Shown here: positions 21,887 through 34,959 of the stretch, piece after piece
Position numbering within the stretch: position 1 is the first letter of the stretch
Layout of the letters: each line of letters begins with the position of its first letter
NCBI GenBank assembly: GCA_002269645.1
Contig: NIVC01003517.1
Span: 73,738 to 137,737 of the forward strand
Reading direction: 5' to 3'
Length of the DNA stretch: 64,000 bases
From: Macrostomum lignano
Lineage: Eukaryota
Made by a program: the position numbers and the translations under genes
Notes under the pieces: model-generated
The model's input: the letters and a program-made list of their open reading frames with translations, nothing else
Database searches by the model: none
Told to the model about the DNA's origin: nothing

Positions 21887-24283
21887 ATGAGTTCGTCGTC
21901 GGAAAGTCTGTCCTCTGGGTCGTCGGAAAGTCTGTCCTCTGGGTCGTCGGAAAGTCTGTCCTCTGGGTCGTCATATGTCTCGATGTCGGTTGATTCAAGT
22001 ACACATTCGATTGACACATCCATGGGTGAATACAGCGATTCGAGCTCTTCCGCTGCAATTCAAGCAAACGTCGGCGAGCAACCGACTATTGCAATTCCTG
22101 CTGATGACGAGAATGAAGTGCAGGCAGCTGGTCCATCTGATATCGAGCACCCTGAAATATTTTCTGCGGATGAGGATAGTAACCTTCTTTCTGTCTTTTG
22201 TATCCAAGGTATCTCTATGGAGGTCAAATGTGCCCTTCTAATGTTGTGGATGATCTTGTCGAACGTTTCCAAGAAAGCTGTTAAAAACATGCTTCGCCTC
22301 ATTTCCATTCTGTCTCCTCGCGCTGCTTTACCTACATCTTACAAAGCAATGGAAGCGGTTCTGCTTCGTTCATTCATTTTAAAACCGGACTTCGTTGTGA
22401 AAGTTTGTTTAGCGTGTCTACTTATAAACTGTAGTGAACATCCAGTCGACTCTTTCGAGGGACTATGGCTCTTAAATGTAAACCATCAGGTGGAGCTTAC
22501 AGTTGAAAGGCATTTAAATGATATTTTATCTTACCAGCGTGAGCTAAGGCGAGGATTTCAAACTGACATTCTGAACTCTGCTGTTAGCAATGAACTAGAA
22601 ACCGGCTCATCTCCTGACATTTTTCACTTGTATTTTCTTCTTTCGGCTGACGGAGCAAACTTCTTTAAAGTTTCTGAAATGTCTGTGTGGCCTTTCTGTG
22701 CACTGTGCCTCAATTTGCCTGTTAGATTACGCCAGAAGTTTGTCAACATTATCACAATCGCTTTGTTTACCAATCGAGGAAAGCCGAATTTTGAAAAGTT
22801 TTTGCCTACTATTTTAAATCGCTTGCCTTCGTGTGTAAAAGTAAGGAATGTGACGTTTTTTCTTCACTTCTCGTTTTTTACCTGCGATTTGCCCGCTTTA
22901 TCTCACCTTTTTGGAATCAAGCAATTCAACGGACAATTTGCTTGTCCCAGATGCATCCTACCTGGCAAGTCTCTAAAGGTGTCAGAAAAAGGCCAAGTTC
23001 GTGTCTTCCCCGCTGTCCATGGAATTCCGCTTCGAACTAATGCCATGCATGCGCAGCATCTCACAGTTCTCAAGGCTCAAGGGCTTAAGGATTATTTTGG
23101 AATCAAACGCGAAACTGCTCTTCTCAAAATCATTCGTTTTCCAGAAAATTTCATTGTTGATTCTATGCATTGTCTCTGGGAAGGTCAAGTAAAACACATT
23201 CTAGCCTTCTTGACTGATTCTAAGACTAAAAGCTGCAATCCCAATCATTACCGTGTGCTAGGCTCAGCATCTGTCAATGTAATCGACTCTCAGATTATGC
23301 AACTGAAACTTCCCCAAGGTATTAGCAATGTTCCTCCAATTAGTCAGCTCTCACTTTGGAAAGCGAAAACATACAAGATTTTTGCTCTGTATCTGTTTCC
23401 ATCAATTCTGCTTCCACGAATCGAAAATCCCGAACTTAGGGGCCTGCTCCTTCTTCTTAATTCTATTTATAACTTGCTGTACTCGCAAAATTCTTGTGTT
23501 TCAACTTTAAAACGTCTGTGCAATATGTTTCTTAACCTGTGTCCTGAGTTTTTTGGCGAACGTGTTATGCTTCTTAATTTTCATCTTCTCTATCATCTAC
23601 CCGACCAGTATGAACGATTTGGTCCTCTGTATTGTGCATCAATGTTTCCCTTTGAGTCAGCTATGCATGGCTTTAATATGCTTCATTTTGGCAGTCGATT
23701 TCATGGAAAGCAAATTTCCGAAAAGTTTTTCTGGCTAAAAGTGCTATTGTATTCACTGCAACCTGCTGCAGGCTCCAATCCCTCAATTTCTGATGCACTC
23801 CTTGTCATCGCTAAGCACTACTGCAATCCTCCTGAGCGCGAAAATCGAACTCTAGGCGCTTCTGGGGGTAAAATTTTAACAACCACTTCTGCGGATTGCA
23901 CTTTAAAAACATGTAGTTCGTATGTCCTGGATGTATCAAATTCATATTTTGCTATTAATCATTTTGCCGATAGCAAAATCTTTGGCTCTTTTCTGACTCC
24001 ACAATGTCGTTTAATCGACTTACTGTTCAATGCTGTTCCGGATTTTACCAATATTGGTGCTAGTGCATCTGAACAAGCAATCTTTCTTGCTTTTTTTACA
24101 TCTGATGTTCCACTCCGAAATATGCTTATCTTTACGAGTCAGGAACCCACTCGGGAAAATTACAATTGCATACGTCTCACTGATGTGGCTGCGAGGTGCA
24201 TTCGAGTCGATGTCAACTTTCCGAACTTGCCATCAGGCAGTTTTTGTCTGGTACCCCTGTTGGAAGAGTGTGAGCACGATTAG
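21887..24283 (+). CDS. CACTA/EnSpm-family transposase, intact single exon, 798 aa
   Basis: Family-like motifs LSADGA..F..S..SVWPF, TCDLPA, FNGQFACPRC, DSMHCLWEG and NFHLLYHLPDQYERFGPLY..SMFPFES. The ORF lies inside the CCC..GGG TIR element. Confidence 0.9.
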   Translation: MSSSSESLSSGSSESLSSGSSESLSSGSSYVSMSVDSSTHSIDTSMGEYSDSSSSAAIQANVGEQPTIAIPADDENEVQAAGPSDIEHPEIFSADEDSNLLSVFCIQGISMEVKCALLMLWMILSNVSKKAVKNMLRLISILSPRAALPTSYKAMEAVLLRSFILKPDFVVKVCLACLLINCSEHPVDSFEGLWLLNVNHQVELTVERHLNDILSYQRELRRGFQTDILNSAVSNELETGSSPDIFHLYFLLSADGANFFKVSEMSVWPFCALCLNLPVRLRQKFVNIITIALFTNRGKPNFEKFLPTILNRLPSCVKVRNVTFFLHFSFFTCDLPALSHLFGIKQFNGQFACPRCILPGKSLKVSEKGQVRVFPAVHGIPLRTNAMHAQHLTVLKAQGLKDYFGIKRETALLKIIRFPENFIVDSMHCLWEGQVKHILAFLTDSKTKSCNPNHYRVLGSASVNVIDSQIMQLKLPQGISNVPPISQLSLWKAKTYKIFALYLFPSILLPRIENPELRGLLLLLNSIYNLLYSQNSCVSTLKRLCNMFLNLCPEFFGERVMLLNFHLLYHLPDQYERFGPLYCASMFPFESAMHGFNMLHFGSRFHGKQISEKFFWLKVLLYSLQPAAGSNPSISDALLVIAKHYCNPPERENRTLGASGGKILTTTSADCTLKTCSSYVLDVSNSYFAINHFADSKIFGSFLTPQCRLIDLLFNAVPDFTNIGASASEQAIFLAFFTSDVPLRNMLIFTSQEPTRENYNCIRLTDVAARCIRVDVNFPNLPSGSFCLVPLLEECEHD

Positions 24284-25283
24284 CTCAGATAACTTCAAAC
24301 GCGCGTCAGTTTTTCAGGGTCATTGTCTTGTCTCGTTTTCTATTCTGTAAGTAGTCCTGGTTGTCAATGTAATCATTGCATGAAATTTTTTCTGGTACGT
24401 ATTCCTGATTTATCTGCTGGGTAGCTATTGTTGTGTAGCTTTTGTCGATGTTAGCCAGCCGATGTGTGTGTGCTAGGCTTATTCTAAAAGCTCTATTGCT
24501 AGGACACAGGAAGAAAATATGACTGGGGAATTAGACGGGACCAAGAAAGAGACACTAACTGGCAAACTTTCGGCTAGCAAACGCCGGCTGGCTAACATCG
24601 TAGACCCAGTACCATCTAGTACTTGTACTTAAGCAAGCTTTGTTTCTTGTTAGTTTTTCTAAACTAAAAAGCCCTTTTTCACAAAACATGCGCGCCTAAT
24701 GCTCAGCTATATTTATCCTACATGTTATGTTTTACGTTTTCTCTCATATGCCGTGCGCTTTGTTTAGATACACCTAATTCTTTGTCACATTTTTGCAGTT
24801 TTTTATGTTTAATTGCTTTTACGTAAAACTCCGGGGACACAAATTTTTTTTTTACATTTGGCTTCTTTGTTTGGTAATAAATATTACATTTTCGGCTCAC
24901 TCACTTAGTTGAGACCTGTCTTATACATAAAACTAACCAATTGTGTTATTTTGAGTGTGTCTTATTGTGTGTACATCGCCCATGGTTTGGTAAGACAAAC
25001 CAGAATAGAACTAAGTACGGTTTTAATGAGCCGATTTAAACGAAGGTACGAAGTGCAATGTATTCATATATATACGAGTATATATGGCTCGCAAGATGAC
25101 TAAAAATGCATTATTTCTAATTAATTGCAACCACATTATAAATGCATTTTATATATATAGAATTTGCATTATAATGGCAATTATAATGCCATTAAGTGGC
25201 AATTATAATGCCATTAAGTGGCATTCAATGTCATTATAATGGCCAGTAAAAATGCATTATTTACCCATTATGGGTCCCTAGGG

Positions 25284-28200
25284 TTGGCAAAAGACGCCAC
25301 TTTCCGGAGGCCACTTGCTGCTGCAGCTGTGCGGGCATGTGGTCCAGTCCACCTCCGAGTTTTTGGAAAACGAGCCATCTTTGCTTGAAATTGGTGCCAG
25401 TCCCACTAACCGTAAGTTCGTAGGTGACCGAGCTGACTGGAATGCAGCTTAACTGAGCTCCCCTGCTCCGCAGATGCTGACTGGCAGTTTCGCACGCCTC
25501 CTTGTAGTTATCAAAGCACCCTGATACAGTTTCAACTTCCAACTTGGCGGCAAAAACTGTTGTGAACTTGTTGTCAGGCCATACTTCGGAGAGTTGCACT
25601 TCACGGATATTCAAGAGAAACAAGGCAGTTCGCCCAAGTTCATTCTTGAATTCGTCGAATAGCTGCTTGATATCATCGGCACTTACCGATCGTTCGCATA
25701 TCCTAGATTTTTTAGCTGAGCTCACCGTTCTCAGTGGCAGTCGAAACACGGTTCCTCCGGTTTGCTTCAAGCTCTCGGGACAGTACCCCGCAAATACGTC
25801 GCGAAAAGTATCTTTCAAACACTCGACGTTCTTGTACATACCTCCTGGAGAAGCCAAAGTAGCACCAGGCATGTACCCGCAGTGCGGATCCATCACGCAG
25901 AAAATCTTTCCATCGGACAGAAACGAGGGCGCATCCGTGATGTTGTACACACAGTTGAACCCGATGCCGTACTGTCCAGCTTTCCATGCGTCGTCTTGCT
26001 TGGACCCGAGACCGAGGTTCTGGATGCCTTCGATGTCCGCATCGGAGAATGTCGAGTCGTTGTAGACAAGAAGCGCAGGTCCCTGCAGCTCCTTCCAGCT
26101 GTCACTCAGCACTCGCTCGGTCCCGTGATGCCGACGATCGATGATGAAGCTGATCTTTGATGCCCCAGCATCGTCCGCATTCTGAATGAGTTCCTTGAAG
26201 AGCTCGATTCCAAGCGGGTATCCGGAAATGATGTTCTGCAGTCTGGTTGTGAGGTCCTCGTGTTGGCCGAAAGGCAGAGGCTGCATCGCTTGAGCCAGCA
26301 TGCTTTCTCTCTGGCTTGGAATTCCAAGTTTCTGGCACAGTCCGAAGGAGATGTTTTCGTGGCAGAAGAAGGTCTCATTTGGTAGTTGCACGGACTTCAT
26401 CCAAGGCAGGTTGTTAAAGCACAGTTGTGTGCAGGGTCTCAGAATGCGGCTATGGTCAGGTGCGAGCAAGCTCTCAGTCGCCAAGGTTTCATCCTGACGG
26501 CGGCTAATCTGGTCGAGTATTTTCAGGCTCAAATCTAAATCGCCAGGTATTAGTGGTGCCGAGGAGTAACGCTGAGAAAGAAGTTTAAGCACACCTGCAT
26601 AGTGCGATGCCGCGAAATTTTCATTGACTCCAGCTGCCCTGAAGAAGCTTTCGCACTGAATGCCGCTTAGTTCGGAAGGCAAAACATGAAGAAATGGCTC
26701 GAATCCCGCATCAGATCTCGACAGACTTACTTGAGCAGGCGTAATGAAACCTGATGGGGACCAAATAATGTTCGGAGTCTGATTCACCATGCAAAAGACG
26801 CTATTCGCATTGAGATAACCGGAAGAGATTTGGGCACTGAGGTGTCGATAAACGCACCGGCTCACTCGCAGAGTTTCTTCATTGCCAGCTTGGGTGCCGG
26901 CCAGAGCTACCAGCTGCTTCCAAGCCACCTCATTGGCGACGTAACTCACGTTCAAAACTCCGATTTGAGCCAATAGATCTTGTCTGCTTGATGAGGTAAC
27001 ATCACGCAGCACTGTCTCGTCCAAAATAAGGTATGAAGCCGAAACGAGATCTTTGCAGCTGGCATCAAACAGCTGACAAGGCTGGAAAAGTTGCGTTTTT
27101 GGATGCCGATCTGAAAGCCAGACAAGGCCACTGTCGTTAGCTTTCTTCAAGGCAGGTAGAAATGCTACGTTTCTCAGCTGACCGATCGGCTGGTTTACAA
27201 ACTTAGAGAGGAACGAATCCAAGTACGAAAGCAGCGCAACCGTGCGCTCAGTTCTCTGAGGCTCGGAGAGCGCAGCAACTGACTGAGCGCGACTCAGCAA
27301 CTCGGCCCAATTGAGATCCGCACGGAGCCCGACTGTGCGGAGCGCTTTTAGCTGATCCGGTGTTTGCAGGTCGCTGTGAGGAAAAACGCTTGCGTTCATT
27401 TCAAACAGCTTTGCAGCCTGACAGCTGGTGTCCAGAAGCTGCAGAGGCTGACAAAAGGCGTTTCCAACGTTAGGAATGCAATAGGACTGCTTCAACGAAT
27501 TCAAAACCTTTTGAGTAACAATTCTAGAAGCGGAGCTCCAGTCTGCATTGCCGCCTCCACTGATAACATTCAGTATGAATTTCAGCGCTTTAAAGCAGTC
27601 CTCAGAGTAGCCCGACTGCCACAAGCGAGACATGTTCGGCACCAAATTAAGCAGCAGGGTCTCGCCCGACCATTGACGCTGCAAAATCTTGTTCGTCAGT
27701 CCCAGCTGCTCCACAGTTCGTCGAACTCCATCGGTCAACGATGCTACACCTTCGTGCTGACCCACGAGTCTCGTGGCGAGTCGACTCAAACAATCTGAAA
27801 TCCCACCCAGTGACAGGATGCTGGGATCCAGAAACACTGTATGTCCCAAACTTTTCCAGCCGGCTGATGTGTGAAAGATTGACGCCTGACCGTCAAGCAG
27901 GGAAGCGTAGAACTTCTCAATAAGCGGCCTCCACACAGACTGAGTAGCTCTGTCGAATCGAGGCCACAGCTCTTGCGAAATCTCTGCATTTACCAAAGAC
28001 ATTCCACTTAGAATCTTCAGAGCGTCGATGTAGGCAGGACAAATGACGTCTGTGAGCAGCACTCGGTTCCACTCGCCGAGACTCCACACGCCCTGCTTCT
28101 CGTCGACCGTGACCTCGTTGAGGTGGCGTCGGCTCGAGGTGACGGAGAAGCTCGCGTTCAGCATCACTGGAAATGGATTTTCGACAGGCAGCGGTAGGAA

Positions 28201-29463
28201 ACAGAACAGCAGCGAGGCCGGCTGTGTGTCACGTGATAGCGGCACAATCCTGTTAGACTGCTCGATGGGCAGAGCCACGGCTCCCACAGGCGCCAGTCCG
28301 AGACGACGCTGCTCCAACGCGACAGCGAGCGACTGCCCAGTGGCGACAGCAGCGCACACGAGCCACACTCTGGTGGAGGCGACTGTGCTGATCTGGAACT
28401 GGTCATGAGCTGAGTCTCCAAGCTGAACCTCTACCTCGACAGTCGCTTGACAGCGATGTGCTTGATTTCGTCCAGACCCTCCTTGAGTAGCAGATTCGAT
28501 CAGAGCTTCGGCTACCTTGAGAATAGAGCTCTGAGCAGCGAACTCTTTATCCGCCTGTGACATTCCTGATATTGGCAGCGGTGGCAGTGCGATGGCATGT
28601 CGCTGGAAATATTTGAGAGGGCTCTTGTGAACGCAGAACACGAGTTGAGTTTGATTTGAAGGATCGGTCGCATTGGACGGCAGGAACAAACACCGGAATG
28701 TTCGCACTGTCTGGGTGAACAGAAGCATCGTGTCAGCTTGCTCTGCAGCCAGTCTCAACAAGCCACGAATCTCCGAGTCAGAGTACACGCGATCGCAGAT
28801 CTTCGACTTCGCTGCCTGAGTCTCAGTGCGCAGCGGAAGACGCAGCAGCGTGCCGGCGAAGTTTCCTTCATCCGCTTGCAGATTGCAGCCTGAGACTCCA
28901 GCGAACGGTGCAAACTGGTTGGCGTACTGATCCAGCAGACTCCGCTGTGCTTGAAAGTCGAGCTCAACTCCAGTGTCCCTGTCCCCGTGACTCGCGTACA
29001 CCGTCTCCAAGTAGCCCTCGCCTCTGCGCTCACCATGCGGGTCGAGGATCAGCATGCGGTGTCGACTGAGGATCTGCGGCACGTCAGTCAGGTTGTACAC
29101 CGAGTTGAAGCCCAGACCGAAGCGACCGACCTTGGCCGTCTTCTCCAGCTTGGTGGCTCCGCTCAGCTGCAGGATGTTGTCGAAGTCCTCGTCGCTGAAG
29201 GTGGCGTTGTTGAAGGCCCACAGCGCCCGTCCCTGACAGTCGGCCATCGCCGGATCGAGCAGCGACTCGGAGCCGCGCCAGTTTGAGTTCTTGCGACAGT
29301 CGTAGAGCATGGTGAGCTCGGTGGCGCCCGCGTCGTCAGCGTTCTGCAGCAGCTCCTTGGGCACCGCCAGACCGTCAGAGTACTCGTCGAGCAGTCGCTT
29401 GAGTCGTCGGGTGAGCGGCTCGGACTGTCCACGCAGACGCAGGCCGTCGGAGGTCTGGGCCAT
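25284..29463 (-). pseudogene. SACS-like: Sacsin-like copy B, 5' half (two GHKL ATPase repeats), truncated by the EnSpm insertion
   Basis: ORF-track entry 25261..29574. The likely start is the ATG at 29463 (MAQTSDG); the last residues TLGTHNG* are encoded by the transposon TIR. Confidence 0.9.
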
Positions 29464-31778
29464 TCTGGAGTGCGTAGGGTTTTTGAGTGATTTTAACTTT
29501 GATTGAAGTACATGAGAGTGCATGACTTGATGCACGGGTTTGCGTGATTGGCCATTGTGTTGTAAACTGTCCAATTGCTAGTGAGACAAATAACGAAGAC
29601 AGAATGACTAACACTTAGGAAGGCTATATTTAGCAAGAGGCGGGCAGTGAAAGTTTTAACGGTAAAAAGTCGTAAAAGGTAGGAAGAGAGAGACCAGGCT
29701 ATATTTAAAGGTAATAAAACTGGACTTCTTCGTGCGCCATGCGCACGGAGAGGTCTAAAATATCGATCGTAAAATTATTATACGAAACGCCTTAAGTAAG
29801 CACGAAGCAGGAAAAATAAAAACGGCCCGATTTGGGGCCAACAAACGCAATATACACTCGTACATCGTAGAGTGAATAGGAAATGATACGAATATTGTCA
29901 ATTTTAGATAAATCTGACAGAAACCCAATCTTCTCTTTTCTTAGTTGTCGTGCAACTAACTTCGCATTCGACTCACATCAGACTTGAAATAATTTAAAAT
30001 TGAAATAAATTCAATATTGGAGTCGGAGGTTGCACGAAAGCTTTTCTTCTTGCCCGCTTGTTTCTGACTTTGATCTCAGCGGGATCTTTGTATCTCTCTC
30101 CTTAGTGCTCTCTCATTGGCTGAGCTGGATCGGGTCTGACCCCTAGGCTAAATTTCATCTGTCTTGCGTTCACTTGTGTACATCGACATGCTCGTTGTTC
30201 ATCTTAACCCCGTGGGACAATATGCGGGGTCCTTTGCTAGCAAGAAATCTATCTGCTCGCCGAGATTTGCCAGCAGAAATCTGTTAGCGAAGATTTAGCT
30301 AGCCGAAATCTGCTAACGAGAGCCCTAACCAAAACTGGCGATCAGCAACTTGGCTAGCCGAACTTCGTGTAATTCGCCAGAGACAATTATGCTACGATGA
30401 TTCGATTTGCGCTTAATCGCTCTATTGACTCATTTTGTCGTGTTGATCATAGATCTTATATTCCCTAGATAGGCCACTTTGTATGGCGGTAATACGGAAA
30501 GTTCGACCGCTGTTTTAGGTCACTTGTGCGAAAAAGCTGGCATGGGTTGCTTATAAATTTGAGTTCAGTAGCTTAGGGACATAGACGCTATTTTTGAGAA
30601 TTTAATAGAACTTCTCATGAATTGAATAAAAAGCTGCTCAATCAAACAACTAACAATGAGTAAATAAACAGCGGCCCCAGTGCGTGACAACGATTGTTTT
30701 GCGAGCGCCGGTAATGACATTAACACTAAAAAATAGTGCAGTAGAAACATTGCTATGCGCTTTCGTCTATGGTATTACTTGGCGCCGGAAGGAGTCGAGG
30801 AGGGGGGAGAGTGAGAATGAGGGTGTGGGGGCGAAGCCCCCACTTTCTACAATGAAATTTAAATAAACTTTAGTCTATGGCCCACATCGACATTAATATG
30901 CACTGTAGTTTTTTGATCCCATAAAGAGGGAGACAGAAGTTTTAAGAGAGCTGAGTAGAAAGACAGCAGATTTGATTGCTTGCATCTTTCATTTACACAA
31001 ACAAAATCGAAATGGCTGGACGCAGAGCCAACTACAGTGGCAGAAGTTCTGCCTCCTCTATTTAACTACGGAGCTATGCCGAATGGAGATTTCAGGAGTA
31101 ACATCCGGCGAATTCGACTTGATTTGCAAGTCCTTCGATCATGCCCAAGGTCATTAGACAGTCGAGATGCAGCGAACCGCTATAGATTCTCTGAGAAAAG
31201 CTGCTGGAGGCTTTCGCTATCTTCTGGCATGGAGCAGCTCTGGCATCATCGTCTATGGCCCGAAAGTTTGATCTTTGGTGTTGATTAGCAGTGACGCAAA
31301 TTACAATACATTGCGTCCTGCGAAGTTGTATTTTACATGCAATTGAAAATAACCCAAACAGAAGTTTCATTGTGGTACTTGCATGACAAGAATCTGGATG
31401 TACTTCATATACACTACAAAATGAGTTTGATAATTCTATGCTCGTTGACACTTTTTAAAATGTGTTTCTACTTTGGTCAAGATAAACTTTTTTTCTTAAA
31501 GTGTTTAGGAAAAGGCCGATGGGCTAAAATTATAAGCGTTTCCAAGAACTCAATCATAAAATTTGAAGCCAGGTAGTTCAGGTAGTTAGGTTTTAACGTA
31601 TCTACACAATTCTCAGTCTAAATAGCAGTACGAGCATATTTACTCATACGAATCAAAGCGGCTCAAATCGAAATCAAAACACGCAACAGATAAGAGAGCA
31701 AAGCAGCAAGTTCGGCCAGCAAATTACTACTAAAAGCTTGGTACTCCTACTCCACCATATGCGCCTGAGGAGAAAATC

Positions 31779-32201
31779 CACAGATACTAAAATATCTAGA
31801 TGGGCCACTCAGGCACATTTTTTTACTTAGTAAAACAGCTTTCTACTTCCAGTTCAGTAGCAAAGAAGAATATATCAGCTATTTTAGAAAAGTAAAGGCA
31901 GCTGAAACGACTGATTAAGTTTTGAAGCCCAACCTTGAGGACGTGCATGTACTTGCTAATTGGTTCAGCAATATGTACCTTAGCCCGTCCACTGAAATGT
32001 ACATGGCAGCTTTAGGTTGGAATTCCGAAAAAGACAATAAAAATTGGGGCGGGGCGGCGAATAGTGTGGAAACGCTGGGACTAAGAGCCAATTAATGAGC
32101 CTTGGTTTTAATATTTCATTAAATGATTAATTCTGCTTTACTTACTACTGCACTGAAAGTAGATGTGCTGAGTGGCCCATCCAGTTATTACAGTATCTGT
32201 G
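31779..32201 (+). mobile_element. MITE family Y, copy 1 (~420 bp, ~33-bp TIR CACAGATACT..AATA.CTAGATGGGCCACTCAG)
   Basis: Inverted ends seen directly. The internal block gctaattggttcagcaat..atgtac..aaatgtacatggcagcttt is shared with 38474-38932 and 50152-50657. No clear TSD here. Confidence 0.75.
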
Positions 32202-32204
32202 CTT

Positions 32205-33085
32205 GCACTGACCCAAATCCCTCCCTCAGCACTGACCCCAAACACTCAGCACTGACCCCAGTCCCTCACTCAGCACTGACCCCAGCACTCAGCACTGACC
32301 CCAGTCCCTCACTCAGCACTGACCCCAGCACTCAGCACTGACCCCAGCACTCAGAACTGACCCCAGTTTCTCACTCAGCACTGACCCCAAGTACTCAGCA
32401 CTGCACCAGTCCCTCACTCAGCACTGACCCCAGTCCCTCGGCCTCACTCAGCACTGACACCAGTCCCTCACTCAGCACTGGCACCAGTCCCTCACTCAGC
32501 ACTGACACCAGTCCCTCACTCAGCACTGACCCCAAGTACTCAGCACTGCACCAGTCCCTCACTCAGCACTGACCCCAGTCCCTCACTCAGCACTGACCCC
32601 AGTTCCTCACTCAGCACTGACCCCAGTCCCTTACTCAGCACTGACCCCAGTTCCTCACTCAGCACTGACCCCAGTTCCTCACTCAGCACTGACCCCAGTC
32701 CCTTACTCAGCACTGACCCCAGTCCCTTACTCAGCACTGGCACCAGTCCCTCACTCAGCACTGACACCAGTCCCTCACTCAGCACTGGCACCAGTCCCTC
32801 ACTCAGCACTGACACCAGTCCCTCACTCAGCACTGACCCCAAGTACTCAGCACTGCACCAGTCCCTCACTCAGCACTGACACCAGTCCCTCACTCAGCAC
32901 TGACACCAGTCCCTCCCTCAGCACTGACACCAGTCCCTCACTCAGCACTGACACCAGTCCCTCACTCAGCACTGACACCAGTCCCTCACTCAGCACTGAC
33001 ACCAGTCCCTCACTCAGCACTGGCACCAGTCCCTCCCTCAGCACTATCCCAGTTTCTCTCAGCACTGCAGCATAGACACCAGCGT
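32205..33085. repeat. 24-bp minisatellite (CAGCACTGACACCAGTCCCTCACT)n, ~35 units
   Basis: Read directly; it produces the spurious VLSEGLVS ORFs. Confidence 0.95.
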
Positions 33086-33830
33086 AACTATAAGCAGGTA
33101 CACATGCACGCAGAAATGGCCAAAAGTTCCCTAATTTCAAAATCACAATTTTAGTGACATTATTTTTTGCAGTAACTCGGCAACGAAAAATGGAGCTGTA
33201 TAAAAAAAGTTCTTACCGTTTGTATCAAAAGAGGTTTGGAAAAACAATAGGTGGAATTGATTTTTTTCTTAGAGAAGTTTCACGATCGAGTAACTACTCA
33301 ATTGATTGCGAGCTGTTAACGATATCAGTGCATTGTGTGTATCATTATATACTGTCGCTTTCCTAACGAGATGTCATTTCCAGGAAATTCACCGTGCATT
33401 ACCGGTACGTACACGAATTTCTGGTAAATAGGCCAACCAGACTCACTGAGCTTATAAGTGGGAGAATTTTCTATCATTACCAACTCTGTCCAACTCCCAG
33501 TCCCAGCATGCACAGTTTAAGGGGATCGAAAATTAGTCAGGAGAAATGGACTTACAAATGTGCGCCATTCTTTCAGTTTACCCGTGGAAGCATAGCAACA
33601 AAACATTCCCGGGGTAGAAAGTCGAGAAGACAGTACTATTGACATCACCGCTATTGTCTCCAGCTGTTACTGTCTTCACAGCTACAGTCTCAGTCGCTAT
33701 TGTGTTTCCTGCGACAATGCCCCAAGCACTCCTCTGGCGGGCAAGCGTCGTCACATTACATGCAGAGTGTCAGGGAAGAGAGAGAGAGAGAGAGAGAGAG
33801 GAGTGAGTGACTGAGTGAGGAGAGGCCGCT
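33085..33830 (+). repeat. Dispersed repeat family X, copy 2
   Basis: Homologous blocks with 5255-6010 and 54285-55440, directly following the minisatellite. Boundaries are approximate. Confidence 0.7.
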
Positions 33831-34959
33831 AACCTCCTCTCCGTTCCCCACGCGTCTACCTCTGCTCACCCCATCTCTCGTGCCATAGAATGAGGAATAA
33901 TTCGTGATAACTAACGCCAGTCTTATCGCCATTGCCAGTCAGCTTTCAGTTCATTGATGAGAAGTATCTGTAGCGAGTTTAAACGAATGAGCCGTAAAGG
34001 CGATGGTTCTTTGGCTTTATTTTTGTTAAACAGTTTTCAGTATGAAAAAATTCTGGCTTGAATAAATGCAATGCTGGGTGCTTTTTATTTATACACAATT
34101 TCATACAAAATGTTAAAGTCCGGGAATATTCGGGAAGCATGTGCGCGGGAGTTTACATCACAGAATATACACAGAATGGCGAATCCCGCATTTTAAGAAA
34201 ATTTCTTGCACAAGAATGATATTCTATACTGGCTACTCTTGTTGTGAAAAGAAACTAAGTAGGCTGAATGGCACTTTACCAATTCTTTGCCATTTATTGC
34301 GGGTTCCACAGAATATAGGAAGGCTTGATGAACCAACCCACCCCCTTCTAAACTGTGCTATTTTTAGAAACTACCTTAAGGCTGGCCCTGCCTTCTGCTG
34401 CGCTTTAAGTTAGTGCCATTAAAACTTAACCTTGCTGTTATATGTTTGTTACTTTTGTTTTTTAGCTTACATGTACATGGCAATGAGGTTATAACAGTTC
34501 TTACTACTGCTCATGACTTTGCGGACGCACCGTTTGAACAAATTAATTACAATGATGGCGCAGCATTCATCTGCAGCGTCAAAACGATGATTCAGAGCTT
34601 TCAAAGGCTGTCTTGAGCTCAACTTTTACATTCAACTTTGCGTTTAAAAAATCGCAGCTACTTATCAGCTTCACAACGTTAGTAGTGCAATCGCATTTAT
34701 TTTCGCTTTCATAGAGAACTGCCGATTCGCCATTCTGTGTATGTTCTGTGGTTTAAATTGCCTAATTTAGAATGTTGTTTACACGCAAATTTGTAGAACG
34801 CGTTCACTTTTGTACGCGCACGGCCATGTCTCGAAATCCTCTTTGAGATCGATTTCTCCATCGAATTCTCCATCGAATTTTACGTCGAATTCTCCCTCAG
34901 AGAAACATTTCTCTAGTAAACCCCGAAACATTGATACGGATAGCTTCCAGCAGAAGTAT

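Larger units (their letters stand above)
16602..25283 (+). mobile_element. CACTA/EnSpm (CMC) DNA transposon, 8682 bp
   Basis: About 35-bp imperfect TIRs: CCCTAGGGACCCAAAATGGACAAATAATGCATTTT versus CCCTAGGGACCCATAATGGGTAAATAATGCATTTT (reverse complement of the right end). 2-bp TT TSD deduced from the empty site GGTCTTTGGCA in copies A (~518-528) and C (~43829-43839). ATGCAT subterminal repeats and an internal transposase ORF are present. Confidence 0.93.

Noticed and set aside
24446-24600. Perfect 16-bp inverted repeat CGATGTTAGCCAGCCG ~125 bp apart downstream of the EnSpm transposase
   Set aside because: No TSD or second copy seen, so a tiny MITE cannot be told from a chance or 3'-UTR hairpin.
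29464-29574. N-terminal extensions of sacsin ORFs (MDSLQH.. in B; MAKVCC.. in C at 48012-48164)
   Set aside because: The B extension begins at a TTG. Homologous upstream DNA differs by frame-breaking indels between copies and ends in an acceptor-like CAG. The conserved start is MAQTSDG.
30230-30400. Cluster of GAAATCTG/CTAGC motifs and CCCTAACC, possibly a Helentron-type or MITE end
   Set aside because: Could not define termini, a TSD or a second copy.
30980-31451. Overlapping ~100-120-aa ORFs with coding-like composition (one faintly NLR-helical-like)
   Set aside because: No motif I can identify with confidence and no splice model; needs tBLASTx or HMM search.
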